Source: an uncultured Solirubrobacterales bacterium
GTDB taxonomy: Bacteria > Actinomycetota > Thermoleophilia > Solirubrobacterales > 70-9
Length of the DNA: 64,000 bases
Assembly: GCA_963807885.1 (NCBI GenBank)
Contig: CAWEDL010000003.1
Location: 343,010-407,009, forward strand
Reading direction: 5' to 3'
Part shown: positions 51,796 to 61,905 of the stretch, one piece after another
Numbering within the stretch: position 1 is the stretch's first letter
Layout of the letters: each line of letters begins with the position of its first letter
Program-made: the position numbers and the translations under genes
Notes under the pieces: generated by a model
What the model was told of the DNA's origin: nothing
Databases searched by the model: none
The model's input: only the letters and a program-made list of their open reading frames with translations

Positions 51796-52421
51796 TAGAG
51801 GATGTATACAGCGGTGTAGACGATGATCCACATGACGTCTACGAAGTGCCAGTAGATGCCGGGGACCTCTACGCCGAGGTGATCCTTTGCCTTGGGGCCG
51901 AAGTGGCCTCGGAAGGCGCGGATCGTGGCGAAGCTGAGCAGCATCAGGCCGACGAAGACGTGGGCGCCGTGCAGGCCGGTGAGGCCGTAGAAGATCGAGC
52001 CGAAGGCGAGGTCGCGGGCGCTGAAGCCGATGTGCACGTACTCGTTGATCTGGATGAAGAGGAAGGTCGCGCCGAGCAGCCAGGTGAGCACGAGGCCGAG
52101 CTTCAAGCCGTTGCGGTTGCCGCGGCGGATCGACTCCAACGCGTAGTGGATCGTGAAGCTCGAGGAGACCAGGATCGCGGTGTTGATGCCGGCGACGGCG
52201 ACGGGCAGCTCGTAAGGCTCGGGCGGCCAGGTCGGCGGGTCGACGACGACGCGAAGGAAGAAGTAGGAGGCGAAGAACGCCCCGAACAGCATGATCTCCG
52301 AGACGATGAAGAGCAGGATGCCCAGCGTCTGCCGGTCGATCCGCGAGCTCTCATGGGCCTCGGGCGGGCCGTGGTGCTCCTCCTCGTGGGCGTGGCCGAG
52401 TGCGACCGTCGCGCTCTCCAT
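51795..52421 (-). CDS. ctaE: cytochrome c oxidase subunit III
   Basis: 208 aa with ILLFIVSEIMLFGAFFASYF and HGAHVFVG...YWHFVDVMWI motifs. Its ATG shares a base with the upstream TGA. Confidence 0.9.
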   Translation of the reverse strand: MESATVALGHAHEEEHHGPPEAHESSRIDRQTLGILLFIVSEIMLFGAFFASYFFLRVVVDPPTWPPEPYELPVAVAGINTAILVSSSFTIHYALESIRRGNRNGLKLGLVLTWLLGATFLFIQINEYVHIGFSARDLAFGSIFYGLTGLHGAHVFVGLMLLSFATIRAFRGHFGPKAKDHLGVEVPGIYWHFVDVMWIIVYTAVYIL

Positions 52422-53294
52422 CAGGACTCCTCTCCCCCGGCCACGGCGGCGGCGACCGCCTCCGCGGGTCGGCCGACCTCGAGGTGCTCGACCTGCTTGT
52501 CGGTGATCTCCCGGGTGCGCCCGATCAGGTCCTCGTCGAGCCAGCGCGAGCTCTCGCCGGCGAAGGTCGAGATCAGCACCTCGTCGATCCGGTAGTGCTC
52601 GATCGCGTTCTGCACGGCGTGGAAGGGATCGGGGCTCATCGGTTGGCCGGTGGCGTCGATGTCGGCCCGGTAGAGCTCGGCGAGGGTCGAGGCGAGGTCA
52701 CGGACGATCTCCGGCTCGGAGACGTCCTCGGCGCGCGGGCAGATGATCGTGTAGCGGTGCGGATGCCCGGCGGCACGCTCCTTCAGCCTCGCGACCAGGT
52801 CCGGTGCGGCGACCGTCTGGGTGGCGACGACGAGGGTGTGGCTTTTCTCCCAGCTGATCGAGTCGTCCTGGACGCGCACCGGGATGTGCGTCACCGTCAC
52901 ATCGGGCTCGACAGTGGTCCTTCGCCCACTCGACGAGGTCCTTGCGGGTGAAGCCAAAGCGCGTTCCGGAGCGGCAGGAGAGCAGCACCTCGCCCGGTTC
53001 GTGGGCGCGCACCGCGTCGTCGAGGGCTAGCGCCGGATCGCGGTCCATGACCTCGCCGACCGACTCGACCCCGTACTCGGAGAGGATCGACATCGTCACC
53101 TCGACCCGCGCCCTGGCGGCGTCGCGCAGCTCGCCGGCGTCGATCAACTGGCCGACGGCGGGCTGGTTCTGCGGCGCGGCAACGGCGACGAACGGCACCT
53201 TCTCGGCCCGCTCGGCGACGGCCTGCAGCAGCTTGCGGCCACCGGCGACCTCGTTGAGGAAGACCAGCAACGGCCGGCCGGTCTCGTCGCTCAC
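52421..53294 (-). pseudogene. tandem USP-like (HUP-class) two-domain protein, one frameshift
   Basis: GTG 53294 overlaps the ctaD TGA. Domain 1 reads PLLVFLNEVAGGRKLL...FVAVAAP...GEVMDRDPALALDDAV...GEVLLSC...DLVEWAK. Domain 2 continues in another frame: TVEPDVTVTHIPV...HTLVVATQTVAAPDL.... The indel is near 52916-52924. Confidence 0.6.
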
Positions 53295-55197
53295 GTCTGC
53301 CCCACCACGGTCGGCTCGGGCTTGGCGACCTCGGTGCCCTCGCCGGCCATGATCGCGTGGCGAGCACCGGGAACGCCGAACTCATAGGGGCCGCCGACGA
53401 CCCGCGGGATCTCGTCGAAGTTGAAGATCGGCGGCGGCGAGGAGACCTGCCACTCGATCGTGTTCGCCCGCCAGGGATTGGCGTCGGCGCGAGGCCCGAA
53501 GCGCCAGCTGACGACCATGTTGTAGAGGAAGACGAGCTGGACGGCGCCGAGCATGAAGGCGCCGCAGCTGATCAGGAGGTTCCACTCGCCGAACTGGGTC
53601 GCGTAGTCGGCGACGCGGCGGGGCATGCCGTCCATCCCCACCCAGTGCATCGGGATGAAGGTGATCCAGGTGCCGATCACGGTCCCCCAGAAGTGGACCC
53701 GGCCCAGTTTCTCGTCGTACATCCGCCCGGTCATCTTCGGGAACCAGTGATAGATGCCGGCGAAGATCGTGAAGACCGAGCCGCCGAAGAGGACGAAGTG
53801 GATGTGGGCGACGATGAAGTAGGTGTCGGAGACGTGGATGTCGATCGGCACCATGCCCAGCATCACGCCACTGATCCCGCCGATCGTGAAGGTGACGATG
53901 AAGGCGAGCGCGAACAGCATCGCCGTCGAGTAGGTGTGGATCTTGCCGAAGTAGAGCGTGCCCAGCCAGGAGAAGATCTTGATCCCGGTCGGCACCGCGA
54001 TCAGCAACGTGGTGATCATCATCGGCACACGCAGCCAGCTGAACATCCCGGCGACGAACATGTGGTGCGCCCAGACCGAGTAGCTGAGCACGACGATCCC
54101 GATCAGCGCCAGCGCCATCAGCCGGTAACCGAAGATCGGTTTACGGGCGTGGGTGGAGATGACCTCGGAGATGATCCCGAAACCGGGCAGCATCATGATG
54201 TAGACGGCCGGGTGCGAGTAGAACCAGAAGATGTGCTGGTAGCTGATCACGTCACCGCCTCCGGCAAAGCCTGGAAGAACTGGGTGCCGAGGGCGCGGTC
54301 GAAGAGAACCATGAACTGGGCGCCGGCGATGAAGGGCGTCGCGGCGACGACCAGCAGCGAGGTCGAGAGGTTGGCCCAGACCAGCAGCGGCATGCGCCAG
54401 AAGGTCATTCCGGGCGCACGCATGGTGATGATCGTGACTAAGAAATTGAGCGCGGTGGCGATCGAGGAGGCGCCGGCGAACTGGACGCCCAGGTTGAAGA
54501 AGGACTGGCCTAACGGAGCCCCGGTGGAAAGCGGCGCGTAGCCGGTCCAGCCGGCGTCGAAAGCGCCGCCAGGGGCGAGGAAGCTGCCGATGAAGAGCAG
54601 CCCGGCAAGCGGCAGCATCCAGAAGCTGAGCGCGTTGAGGCGCGGGAAGGCCATGTCCGGCGCGCCGATCATCAGCGGCAGCACGTAGTTGGCGATCCCG
54701 GCGAAGACCGGGATCACGAAGACGAAGATCATCAGCACGGCGTGGGTGGAGAAGAGGCTGTTGTAGGTGGCGGCATCGACGATCTGGGTGCCCGGCTGCG
54801 CCAGCTCGGCCCGGATCAGCATTGCCATCAGCCCACCCACGAAGAAGAAGAAGAAGGTCGTGCAGATGTACTGGATGCCGATCACCTTGTGATCGGTGTT
54901 GAAGCGGAAGTAGTCCTTCCAGCTCTTCGCGCCGTGCTGGGAGTGATCCTCGGGGATCGTCGGCATCCCGGCAGCCCAGCGCAGCCAGTAGTCGAAGCAG
55001 CCGAAGCCGGCGAGGAAGCCCAGCGGGCCGGTGACGAGCGGCACGACGACGTGCGGGTAGCCGGTCTGCTCGGTCTGCCAGATCGGCAGGCCGGAGATGT
55101 CGCGCAGGACGACGACCAGGCCGACGCCGAAGGCGGCAGCCAACACGGCACCGAGCAGGCCTCGGATCCATCCCGGTTGCTTGATCGCGGCGACCAT
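53291..55197 (-). pseudogene. ctaD: cytochrome c oxidase subunit I (A-type), one frameshift
   Basis: The N-terminal ORF (54247..55197) has STHAVLMIF. The C-terminal ORF has all remaining ligands: WFYSHPAVY, WAHHMF, VAHIHF. The junction ...GTQFFQ | (G)FAGGGDVISYQH needs one missing base near 54262-54272. Confidence 0.9.
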
Positions 55198-55213
55198 CAG
55201 ATCTGCTCCTCCA

Positions 55214-56005
55214 TTATGCCCCGCCCGCTCCTAGGGGAATCGGGTCGGTTTCGGTGTCCTGGCGGATCGTTTCAAGATAGGGATCCGGCACTTTGTCTTT
55301 CAGCCCGGCGACCCATTTGCGGAAGTCGGCCGCCGGTTCGACCACGACCTTCGCCCGCATCGAAGCGTGGCCGAAACCGCAGAGCTCGGTGCAGATCAGC
55401 TGATAGGTCCCCGGCTTGTCGGGGGTGACGATCGCGGTCGTCGTGATGCCCGGGACATTGTCTTTCTTGATCCGCCACTCCGGCACCCAGAAGGAGTGGA
55501 TCACGTCCAGCGCGTGCATCTTGAACTGGACCTGGCGATCGAGCGGGACGTGCAGCTCACCCTGGGAATAGGCGTTGCCCTTGCCGGGATAGCCGAAGCT
55601 CCAGGCGAATTGCTGGGAGAAGACGTCGACGGTGAGCGGATTTTCGGCCGGTTCTTCGATGTCGTTGAGGACGGCCCAGCTGTAGCCGGCGCCGAAGAGG
55701 ACGATGATCGTCGGGATCAGCGTCCAGGCGACCTCGAGCCGCGTGTTGCCGTGGATCGGCTCGCCGTCGGATTCGTCGCCGGGCTTGGCTTTGAATTTCC
55801 ACAGGGCGTAGAAGAGCATCACCATCACCAGCGAGAAGACGAAGGCCGAGAGGACGATCATCACGTTGAGCAGCTCGTCGATCTTGGGGGCCGCCGTCGA
55901 GGCGCCCTGGCCGTCCCAGTTGATCGGCACCATCACCGCCGAGATCACCACGGTCAGGACAATGGTGGCGGCGAACATCTTCGCTATCGGCAGACGGCCC
56001 ATCAT
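55214..56005 (-). CDS. ctaC: cytochrome c oxidase subunit II (intact CuA site)
   Basis: 263 aa with two TM segments. CuA motif DVIHSFWVP...CTELCGFGHASM. Confidence 0.9.
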   Translation of the reverse strand: MMGRLPIAKMFAATIVLTVVISAVMVPINWDGQGASTAAPKIDELLNVMIVLSAFVFSLVMVMLFYALWKFKAKPGDESDGEPIHGNTRLEVAWTLIPTIIVLFGAGYSWAVLNDIEEPAENPLTVDVFSQQFAWSFGYPGKGNAYSQGELHVPLDRQVQFKMHALDVIHSFWVPEWRIKKDNVPGITTTAIVTPDKPGTYQLICTELCGFGHASMRAKVVVEPAADFRKWVAGLKDKVPDPYLETIRQDTETDPIPLGAGGA

Positions 56006-56020
56006 CGGCGGCCCGGCATT

Positions 56021-57361
56021 CTATGCAAGCGGCAGACGGTCAAGCTCGCCCCGCGAAGCGGCGATCACCCCACGGGCCACGCCCTCCCAGCTCCAGAGCC
56101 GCCCCGCGGTGGCAACAAGCGCCTCGCGCGCCTCCTCCCGCTCCCCCTCGGGAAGCTCGAGCCAGCGGTTCAACCGCTCCGCAATCCCCTCCACAGCTCC
56201 CTCCTCGACAGGGAACGAAGTCAGCTCCCCCACCTCAGCCGGCAGCGCAGCGGCCAGCTCCCTGGAGACCTCCTTCATGCCCGAGTGCCCAGCGGAAACC
56301 GGCAGCACCCCACAGGCCGCGGCCTCGGCAGCCACCATCCCAAACGCCTCAGGAAAAGTGCTGGGCATAACCAACGCCTCCGCACCAGGCAGCAGCTCAG
56401 CAACCTCATCGTGCTCCAGCCGACCGATGAATTCGACCGACCCCGCGACGCCCTTAGCCGCCTCTAGATAGCCCTCGGGCGGATCAGCCAGAAACGCACC
56501 GAGAATCGACAGCGGCTCGGCAATGCCGCCCTCAAGCCCCCGCCCCAGCTCCGCGACCTCCCGCGCATCATCCAGATCCCCGCGATCGAGAGCCGCCAGC
56601 AACCGCCGCAGCCCATCCTCGTACTCGCCATAGCCCGCGATTTCCAACCTCGCCTCCGGGCGCGCAGCCCTGACCAACGGCCACGCGGCCAACAACAGAT
56701 CGACGCCCTTGGAGACGATCAGCTTGCCGACAAACACGACCCTTCCGGCCTGCGACAGGACCCGCGGGCCGAATGCCTCCGTATCTACGCCAGGCGGTCC
56801 CAAGCGCGTCTTCTCTTTGAGCCCCTCCACCTCAGGCAACGCCGCCCAGAGCGACTCAGCCGTATGCCGCGAGCCAACCAGGACGCAACTCGCGGCATTC
56901 ATCCCCTCTTCGGCGTAGGGAAGGAACCGCGGATGCGGTTTGACCGTGTACTCCAGCGCCGACCCGTGGATCTTGGCGGCAAACTGGCCGATCCCGGCCC
57001 GGGCGAGGATCGCGGGGCCCATGACCAGGTGGCCCGCCAGCGCGACGTCGAAGCCGCCAGCCGTCTCGGCAACCTCGCGAACGGCGGCGACGTTGGCATC
57101 GACGTAGCGATCGAGCTCCTCGTCGGTCATCTCCGGAAAGGCCTTGACCTCGAATCCCTCATAGGGGTCCTTGACATAGACGGGCAGCAACCCGTGGATA
57201 TCCGGATTGTGGATCTGGACACCCTCGATCCGGACCTGCCGGTCCTGGCAGAGGAGATGGACCTCGTGGCCCAGGCCGGCCAGGGCACGAGCGAGGTTGG
57301 CGTTGTAGATGTTGCTGCCAGTGCCGCGCAGCATGTAGCCGTGGAACAAGAGGACGCGCAT
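56021..57361 (-). CDS. GT4-family glycosyltransferase
   Basis: 446 aa with GT-B layout and C-terminal E-x7-E region (PSTFPEAFGMVAAEAAACGVLPV). Confidence 0.85.
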   Translation of the reverse strand: MRVLLFHGYMLRGTGSNIYNANLARALAGLGHEVHLLCQDRQVRIEGVQIHNPDIHGLLPVYVKDPYEGFEVKAFPEMTDEELDRYVDANVAAVREVAETAGGFDVALAGHLVMGPAILARAGIGQFAAKIHGSALEYTVKPHPRFLPYAEEGMNAASCVLVGSRHTAESLWAALPEVEGLKEKTRLGPPGVDTEAFGPRVLSQAGRVVFVGKLIVSKGVDLLLAAWPLVRAARPEARLEIAGYGEYEDGLRRLLAALDRGDLDDAREVAELGRGLEGGIAEPLSILGAFLADPPEGYLEAAKGVAGSVEFIGRLEHDEVAELLPGAEALVMPSTFPEAFGMVAAEAAACGVLPVSAGHSGMKEVSRELAAALPAEVGELTSFPVEEGAVEGIAERLNRWLELPEGEREEAREALVATAGRLWSWEGVARGVIAASRGELDRLPLA

Positions 57362-57415
57362 GTGCCGGAGAAGCTATTAGTGTTCCCGGCCGTGAACTCG
57401 AAGCAGCTCTACCGG

Positions 57416-57655
57416 ATGCGCGCGCCGGCCTCGGGCCGTGAGGCGCTGGCCTACGCCGAGCCCGGCTCGGTCTACGTCGATCGCGAGACCGACGAGGAGA
57501 TGGTCCCCGTGGCGATGGTCCTGCCGCTAGCCCCCTCCGCGTCGTCCCTCCCCCGCACCCCGGAGAACCTGCGCTCCTGCCGCCGCTGCGACCAGCTGAT
57601 CGGGCTTGACGTGAGCGACTGCCCGTACTGCGGCCTGCGCCAAGAAGCCCTCTAG
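57416..57655 (+). CDS. small hypothetical protein with C-terminal zinc-ribbon (CxxC-x11-CxxC)
   Basis: CRRCDQLIGLDVSDCPYCG at the C-terminus. Start is uncertain (ATG 57416 or GTG 57362). Divergent from the GT4 gene. Confidence 0.4.
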   Translation: MRAPASGREALAYAEPGSVYVDRETDEEMVPVAMVLPLAPSASSLPRTPENLRSCRRCDQLIGLDVSDCPYCGLRQEAL

Positions 57656-57661
57656 CTCGCG

Positions 57662-58423
57662 CTAGGGCGTCTTGACGACCGTCGCCGTGTACAGCAGCCG
57701 CGCGTTCGAGTAGTAGCAGCCGTAGGTCTTGGTCTTGCCGACGCCCTGCTGGGGGTGGCCGCCCTGGATGTCTTCCTTGGAGGAGCAGTGCTCGGGTAGG
57801 CGGCTGCCGCGCCAGGTGTTGTCTTCGTCGACGTTGAAGGCGAACATCGGCGCCCAGGTCGGGACCGTCAGGGCGACCACCTGGCCCTGGAGGACGCTGA
57901 GCGGGTGGTCGAGGGCGAAGATCACGGTGCTTCCGAAGTAGGGGTTGAGGACCTGCAGCGGGCTCTGGCGGACCAGGGTGAACTGGGGCGGCTTCGAGCC
58001 CTCGACCGGGCGCAGGACGCCGATCCGCGCCTGCGAGGGCTTGCCGAGGAATTCGTTGAAGAAGCCGACCTCGTTGGTCATGTTGTCGGTGTCGGTGCGC
58101 GAGGGGCGCGAGAGGGTGATCGACCAGGCGACGATCTTGCCGTCGAAGGGGACCTCGTAGGGGCGGGGAACGCCGCCGGCGATGGCCTGGAAGCCGCTCA
58201 CGTGCCCCTCGACCCGACAGGGGATGACCTCGACGTTGTTGACGATTTTGCCGGGGCAGGAGGGCGGCGGCGTCGAGTCGGTCTTACCGAGGACGACAAC
58301 CGGGGCCGGGGCTGAATCGGCCGCGCCCGGCCAGGCGACGGCAACGAGCAGCGCCAGCGCGCAGGCGAAGCCCAGCGCGACCAGCGCGCGGCTGTGGCGG
58401 ATTGATTTTTCTGCTGCTATCAC
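57662..58423 (-). CDS. secreted hypothetical protein
   Basis: GTG 58423 is preceded by GGAG. Signal-peptide-like N-terminus ...RHSRALVALGFACALALLVAVAWPGAADS. The upstream 104 codons of the track ORF are low-complexity. Confidence 0.6.
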   Translation of the reverse strand: MIAAEKSIRHSRALVALGFACALALLVAVAWPGAADSAPAPVVVLGKTDSTPPPSCPGKIVNNVEVIPCRVEGHVSGFQAIAGGVPRPYEVPFDGKIVAWSITLSRPSRTDTDNMTNEVGFFNEFLGKPSQARIGVLRPVEGSKPPQFTLVRQSPLQVLNPYFGSTVIFALDHPLSVLQGQVVALTVPTWAPMFAFNVDEDNTWRGSRLPEHCSSKEDIQGGHPQQGVGKTKTYGCYYSNARLLYTATVVKTP

Positions 58424-58577
58424 AAAGTTCTCCAGCGTCAACCCGGTCTTTCGGCCAGGGTTGCGCAAACGGATTCTGTCCTTCGCCGTCACTTTGCGGG
58501 GTCCTCCGCCGCCTGTGCACGATCGCGGCCACCCGACGATTGGCCAGTTGGCCAATCGTCTAGGGTTGCCAGCCGAG

Positions 58578-58775
58578 ATGGAGAGCGCGGCTCCAGAAAC
58601 CGAGTTCATTCCCGCCGGCCTCGCCTCGCTCGGCATCGAAGCCGACGAGATCGACCTGGCGGTGATGGCGGCCGTGCACGGCTTGCTCTGGTCGCCGCTG
58701 CTAGAGCTGCTTGCGCTCGACACCGAGGACGTCACTCCGGAGCGCTATCCCGACCTGTCGAGGGCGCCGGAGTGA
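58578..58775 (+). CDS. small AtzG/GatC-like protein preceding the amidase (tentative)
   Basis: 65 aa from ATG 58578: MESAAPETEFIPAGLASLGIEADEIDLAVMAAVHGLLWSPLLELLALDTEDVTPERYPDL. Its TGA overlaps the amidase GTG (GTGA). Size, position and acidic helical character resemble AtzG-like partners of amidase-signature enzymes. Confidence 0.5.
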   Translation: MESAAPETEFIPAGLASLGIEADEIDLAVMAAVHGLLWSPLLELLALDTEDVTPERYPDLSRAPE

Positions 58776-60145
58776 ATGCGGGACTCGACATAGGCCTGCG
58801 CGCGCAGGCGGCGGCGATCGCCGCTGGAGAAGTCGATGCCGGCGATCTGCTCGACGCCACCCTGGAGCGGATCGAGCAACGCAATCCCGCCCTCAACGCC
58901 GTGGTCGAGACCTTCCCGGAGCGCTCGCGCGAGATGCTCGCCGCCGCTCCGGAGGGGCCGCTGCGCGGGGTGCCGATCGTGATCAAGGACGAGTGGCCGC
59001 TGCCCTGGCGCGCGCAGCGCTTCGGCGCCGCCCAACTCCTCTCCCCCACTTCTCCTGGCGAGTCCGGCCCCTACCGCGCCCTGCGCGACGCCGGCGCCGT
59101 GATCGTCGGGGTCGGCAACATGCACGAGCTCGGCGCCGGCAGCACGGGCAACGTCTCGGTCTACGGCGCGGCCCGCAACCCCTGGAACACCGAGCGCTGC
59201 CCAGGCGGCTCCTCGAGTGGGCCCGCGTCATCTGTCGCCGGCCGCCTGGTCGCCGGCGCGGTTGGCGCCGACGGCCTCGGCTCGGTCCGCTTCCCCGCTG
59301 CCTACTGCGGGCTGACCGGCCTCAAGCCGACCTTCGGCCGCTCGGCGATGGAGGGCCACCACATGGCGCCGGTGACGACGCTGATCGTCTCCGGCCCGCT
59401 CTGCGCCGACGCGGCGGACTGCCGGCTGCTCGGCTCGGTGCTCTTCGGCGAGGAGCTCGCCGCGGGTGACGTGGCCGGGCTGCGGATCGGCGTAGTCCGC
59501 GACCCGGTCTCAGAAGACGTGACGCCTGAGGTCGGCAAGGCCTGCGAGGAGGCGGTCGAGACACTGAGCGCCGAGACCGGCGGCACGGTGAAGGAGATCG
59601 CCCTGCCGGACCTGGAAGCGGCGACCCTCGCCGCGATCCTGATCATCAACTCGGAGAGCATGAGCGGCACCAGGCCGGAGCAGCTCAACCAGCTCGACCC
59701 CGAGCTGAGCCCGATCGCCCGCGGCACCCTCAAGTACCGCATGCTGCTGCCGGCGGCCGCGACCGTGCAAGCCACTCGTGTGCGCACCCTGATGCGGCGC
59801 CGCCTCGCCGCGCTCTTCACCGAGGTCGACGTGATCGCCTGGCCGACCATCCCGGCCCCCGCCCCGCCGCTCGACGCACCCCTGGTCGAGCTGCCGTCCG
59901 GCACCCAGACCGCCGACCAGGCCAACGTCCGCGGCGCCGCCCTCGCCAATCTGACCGGGATCCCCTCGATCAGCATGCCGGTCGGGCTGAGCGACGAGGG
60001 GCTGCCGATCGCGCTTCAGCTTCAGGCCGCCTGGGGCCGGGACGAGTTGCTGCTCGACGCCGCCGAGGCGCTGGAGCGCGCCAACGCGCGTCGCTGGGTC
60101 GAGGCATTGCCGCCGCTGGCGGCAGTCGAGCCTACGGAGGCTTAG
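58772..60145 (+). CDS. amidase-signature (AS) family amidase
   Basis: 457 aa with IKDEW, the Gly/Ser-rich AS stretch GGSSSGPASSVAG, and the Ser-cisSer-Lys context. Confidence 0.9.
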   Translation: MNAGLDIGLRAQAAAIAAGEVDAGDLLDATLERIEQRNPALNAVVETFPERSREMLAAAPEGPLRGVPIVIKDEWPLPWRAQRFGAAQLLSPTSPGESGPYRALRDAGAVIVGVGNMHELGAGSTGNVSVYGAARNPWNTERCPGGSSSGPASSVAGRLVAGAVGADGLGSVRFPAAYCGLTGLKPTFGRSAMEGHHMAPVTTLIVSGPLCADAADCRLLGSVLFGEELAAGDVAGLRIGVVRDPVSEDVTPEVGKACEEAVETLSAETGGTVKEIALPDLEAATLAAILIINSESMSGTRPEQLNQLDPELSPIARGTLKYRMLLPAAATVQATRVRTLMRRRLAALFTEVDVIAWPTIPAPAPPLDAPLVELPSGTQTADQANVRGAALANLTGIPSISMPVGLSDEGLPIALQLQAAWGRDELLLDAAEALERANARRWVEALPPLAAVEPTEA

Positions 60146-60148
60146 GGG

Positions 60149-61123
60149 ATGGCCGCCATCGAGGTCGAGGGGCTGGAGCGGGCCTTTGACGAAGTGCGCG
60201 CGGTTCAGGGCGTCGACCTCGAGGTGGGCGAGGGCGAGATCTACGGCTTCCTCGGCCCCAACGGGGCCGGCAAGACGACGACGGTGCGGATGCTGACCAC
60301 GCTGCTGCTGCCGACCGGGGGCCGGGCGACGGTGGCCGGCCACGACGTCGTCAGCGAAGCCCGCAAGGTCCGCGCCTCGATCGGCGTCGCCCTGCAGGAG
60401 GCCGCCCTCGATCCGCTGATGACCGGCCGCGAGCTGATCCGCCTGCAGGCCACGCTGCAGGGGCTGCCGGGCGGCGAGGGACGTCGCCGCGCCGACGACC
60501 TGCTCGAGCGGGTCGACCTCGTCGCCGCCGCCGATCGTCGCGTCGGCGGCTACTCGGGCGGGATGAAGCGACGCCTCGACCTCGCAGCCGCACTCGTGCA
60601 CGAACCGCGCGTGCTCTTCCTCGACGAGCCGACCACCGGTCTGGATCCCGTCAGCCGCAAGACGATCTGGGAGGAGGTGCGGGCCCTCAACGACGAGGGC
60701 ACGACGGTCTTCCTCACCACCCAGTACCTGGAGGAGGCCGACCAGCTCGCCGACAACGTCGGCATCATCGACAGCGGCAGGATCGTCGCCGAGGGAACGC
60801 CCGCCTCGCTCAAAGCCGAAATCGGCCACCCCCACATCCGCCTGCAGATCGAGGAGGGCTCGATCGCCGACGCCGAGGAGATCTGCGGCCGGATCGGGCC
60901 ATTGCTGCCACCGGTCGACGGAAAGACGGTCCTGGTCGAGGTCGAGCACGGCGCCGCCGACATCCCTCGCGTGGTGCGGGCGCTCGACGAGGCCAGCATC
61001 GCCGTCGGCTCGCTGGAGCTGGTCCACCCCAGCCTCGACGACGTCTTCGTCGCCAAAACTGGCCACCACCTCGAGCACGAGGAAGAGGAGAGCGGCGAGG
61101 GCGAGGAGGCGGTGACGGCGTGA
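60149..61123 (+). CDS. ABC transporter ATP-binding protein (DrrA-like, ABC-2 type)
   Basis: Walker A GPNGAGKTT, signature YSGGMKRRL, Walker B LFLDEPTTGLD. Confidence 0.9.
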   Translation: MAAIEVEGLERAFDEVRAVQGVDLEVGEGEIYGFLGPNGAGKTTTVRMLTTLLLPTGGRATVAGHDVVSEARKVRASIGVALQEAALDPLMTGRELIRLQATLQGLPGGEGRRRADDLLERVDLVAAADRRVGGYSGGMKRRLDLAAALVHEPRVLFLDEPTTGLDPVSRKTIWEEVRALNDEGTTVFLTTQYLEEADQLADNVGIIDSGRIVAEGTPASLKAEIGHPHIRLQIEEGSIADAEEICGRIGPLLPPVDGKTVLVEVEHGAADIPRVVRALDEASIAVGSLELVHPSLDDVFVAKTGHHLEHEEEESGEGEEAVTA

Positions 61124-61905
61124 GCGGGCCGGCGACGAATCTGCGCGTCGTTCAGGCGCTCGGCATGCGCTCGATCCGGCAGACCTTCCGCCGGCCGCAG
61201 CTGATGGCGCCGATCGTCGTCTTCCCGACGATCCTCCTGGCGATCCAGACCGGCGGCGCGGGCGGCGCGGTCAACCTGCCCGGCTTCCCGCCCGTGCAGA
61301 GCTTCCTCCAGTTCATGCTCGCCGGAGCGATGATGCAGTCGTTGATGCTGGCCGGCAACAGCGGCGGCATCGCGCTCGCGGTCGACATCGAGATGGGCTT
61401 CACCGACCGCCTCTTCGCGGCGCCGATCTCCCGCTACACGATCGTGCTCGGCCGCCTCGCCGGGACCGCGGCCCTGGGCCTTTTCTCGGCGCTCTGGTTC
61501 CTCGCGATCGGCCTGGTCTTCGGCGCCGAGATCGAGGGGGGCGTGCCCGGCGCCCTGCTGGCGATCGCCCTGGTCACCGCGACGGCGATGGCGGTCGGTG
61601 GGATCGGCGCGGCGATCGCCCTGCGCACCGGCAGCGCCAGCGTCGTCCAGGGCCTCTTCCCGCTCGTCCTCGTCGTCCTCTTCCTCTCCTCGGCGTTCTT
61701 TCCGGTCGAGCTGATGATCGAGCCGGCCAAGACGATCGCCGAATACAACCCGCTCAGCTTCGTCGTCGAAGGCGTGCGCGAGCCGATCATCTCCGGCATC
61801 GACGCCTCCGACACCGCCGCCGCGCTGCTGGCGATCTTCGGCATCGTCGTCCTCGGCCTGGTGCTCAGCGCCCGGGCATTACGGCACCGCTTGAGAGTGG
61901 GCTGA
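61120..61905 (+). CDS. ABC-2 type transporter permease
   Basis: 261 aa, 6 TM. Overlaps the ATPase stop by 4 nt. Confidence 0.85.
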   Translation: MSGPATNLRVVQALGMRSIRQTFRRPQLMAPIVVFPTILLAIQTGGAGGAVNLPGFPPVQSFLQFMLAGAMMQSLMLAGNSGGIALAVDIEMGFTDRLFAAPISRYTIVLGRLAGTAALGLFSALWFLAIGLVFGAEIEGGVPGALLAIALVTATAMAVGGIGAAIALRTGSASVVQGLFPLVLVVLFLSSAFFPVELMIEPAKTIAEYNPLSFVVEGVREPIISGIDASDTAAALLAIFGIVVLGLVLSARALRHRLRVG

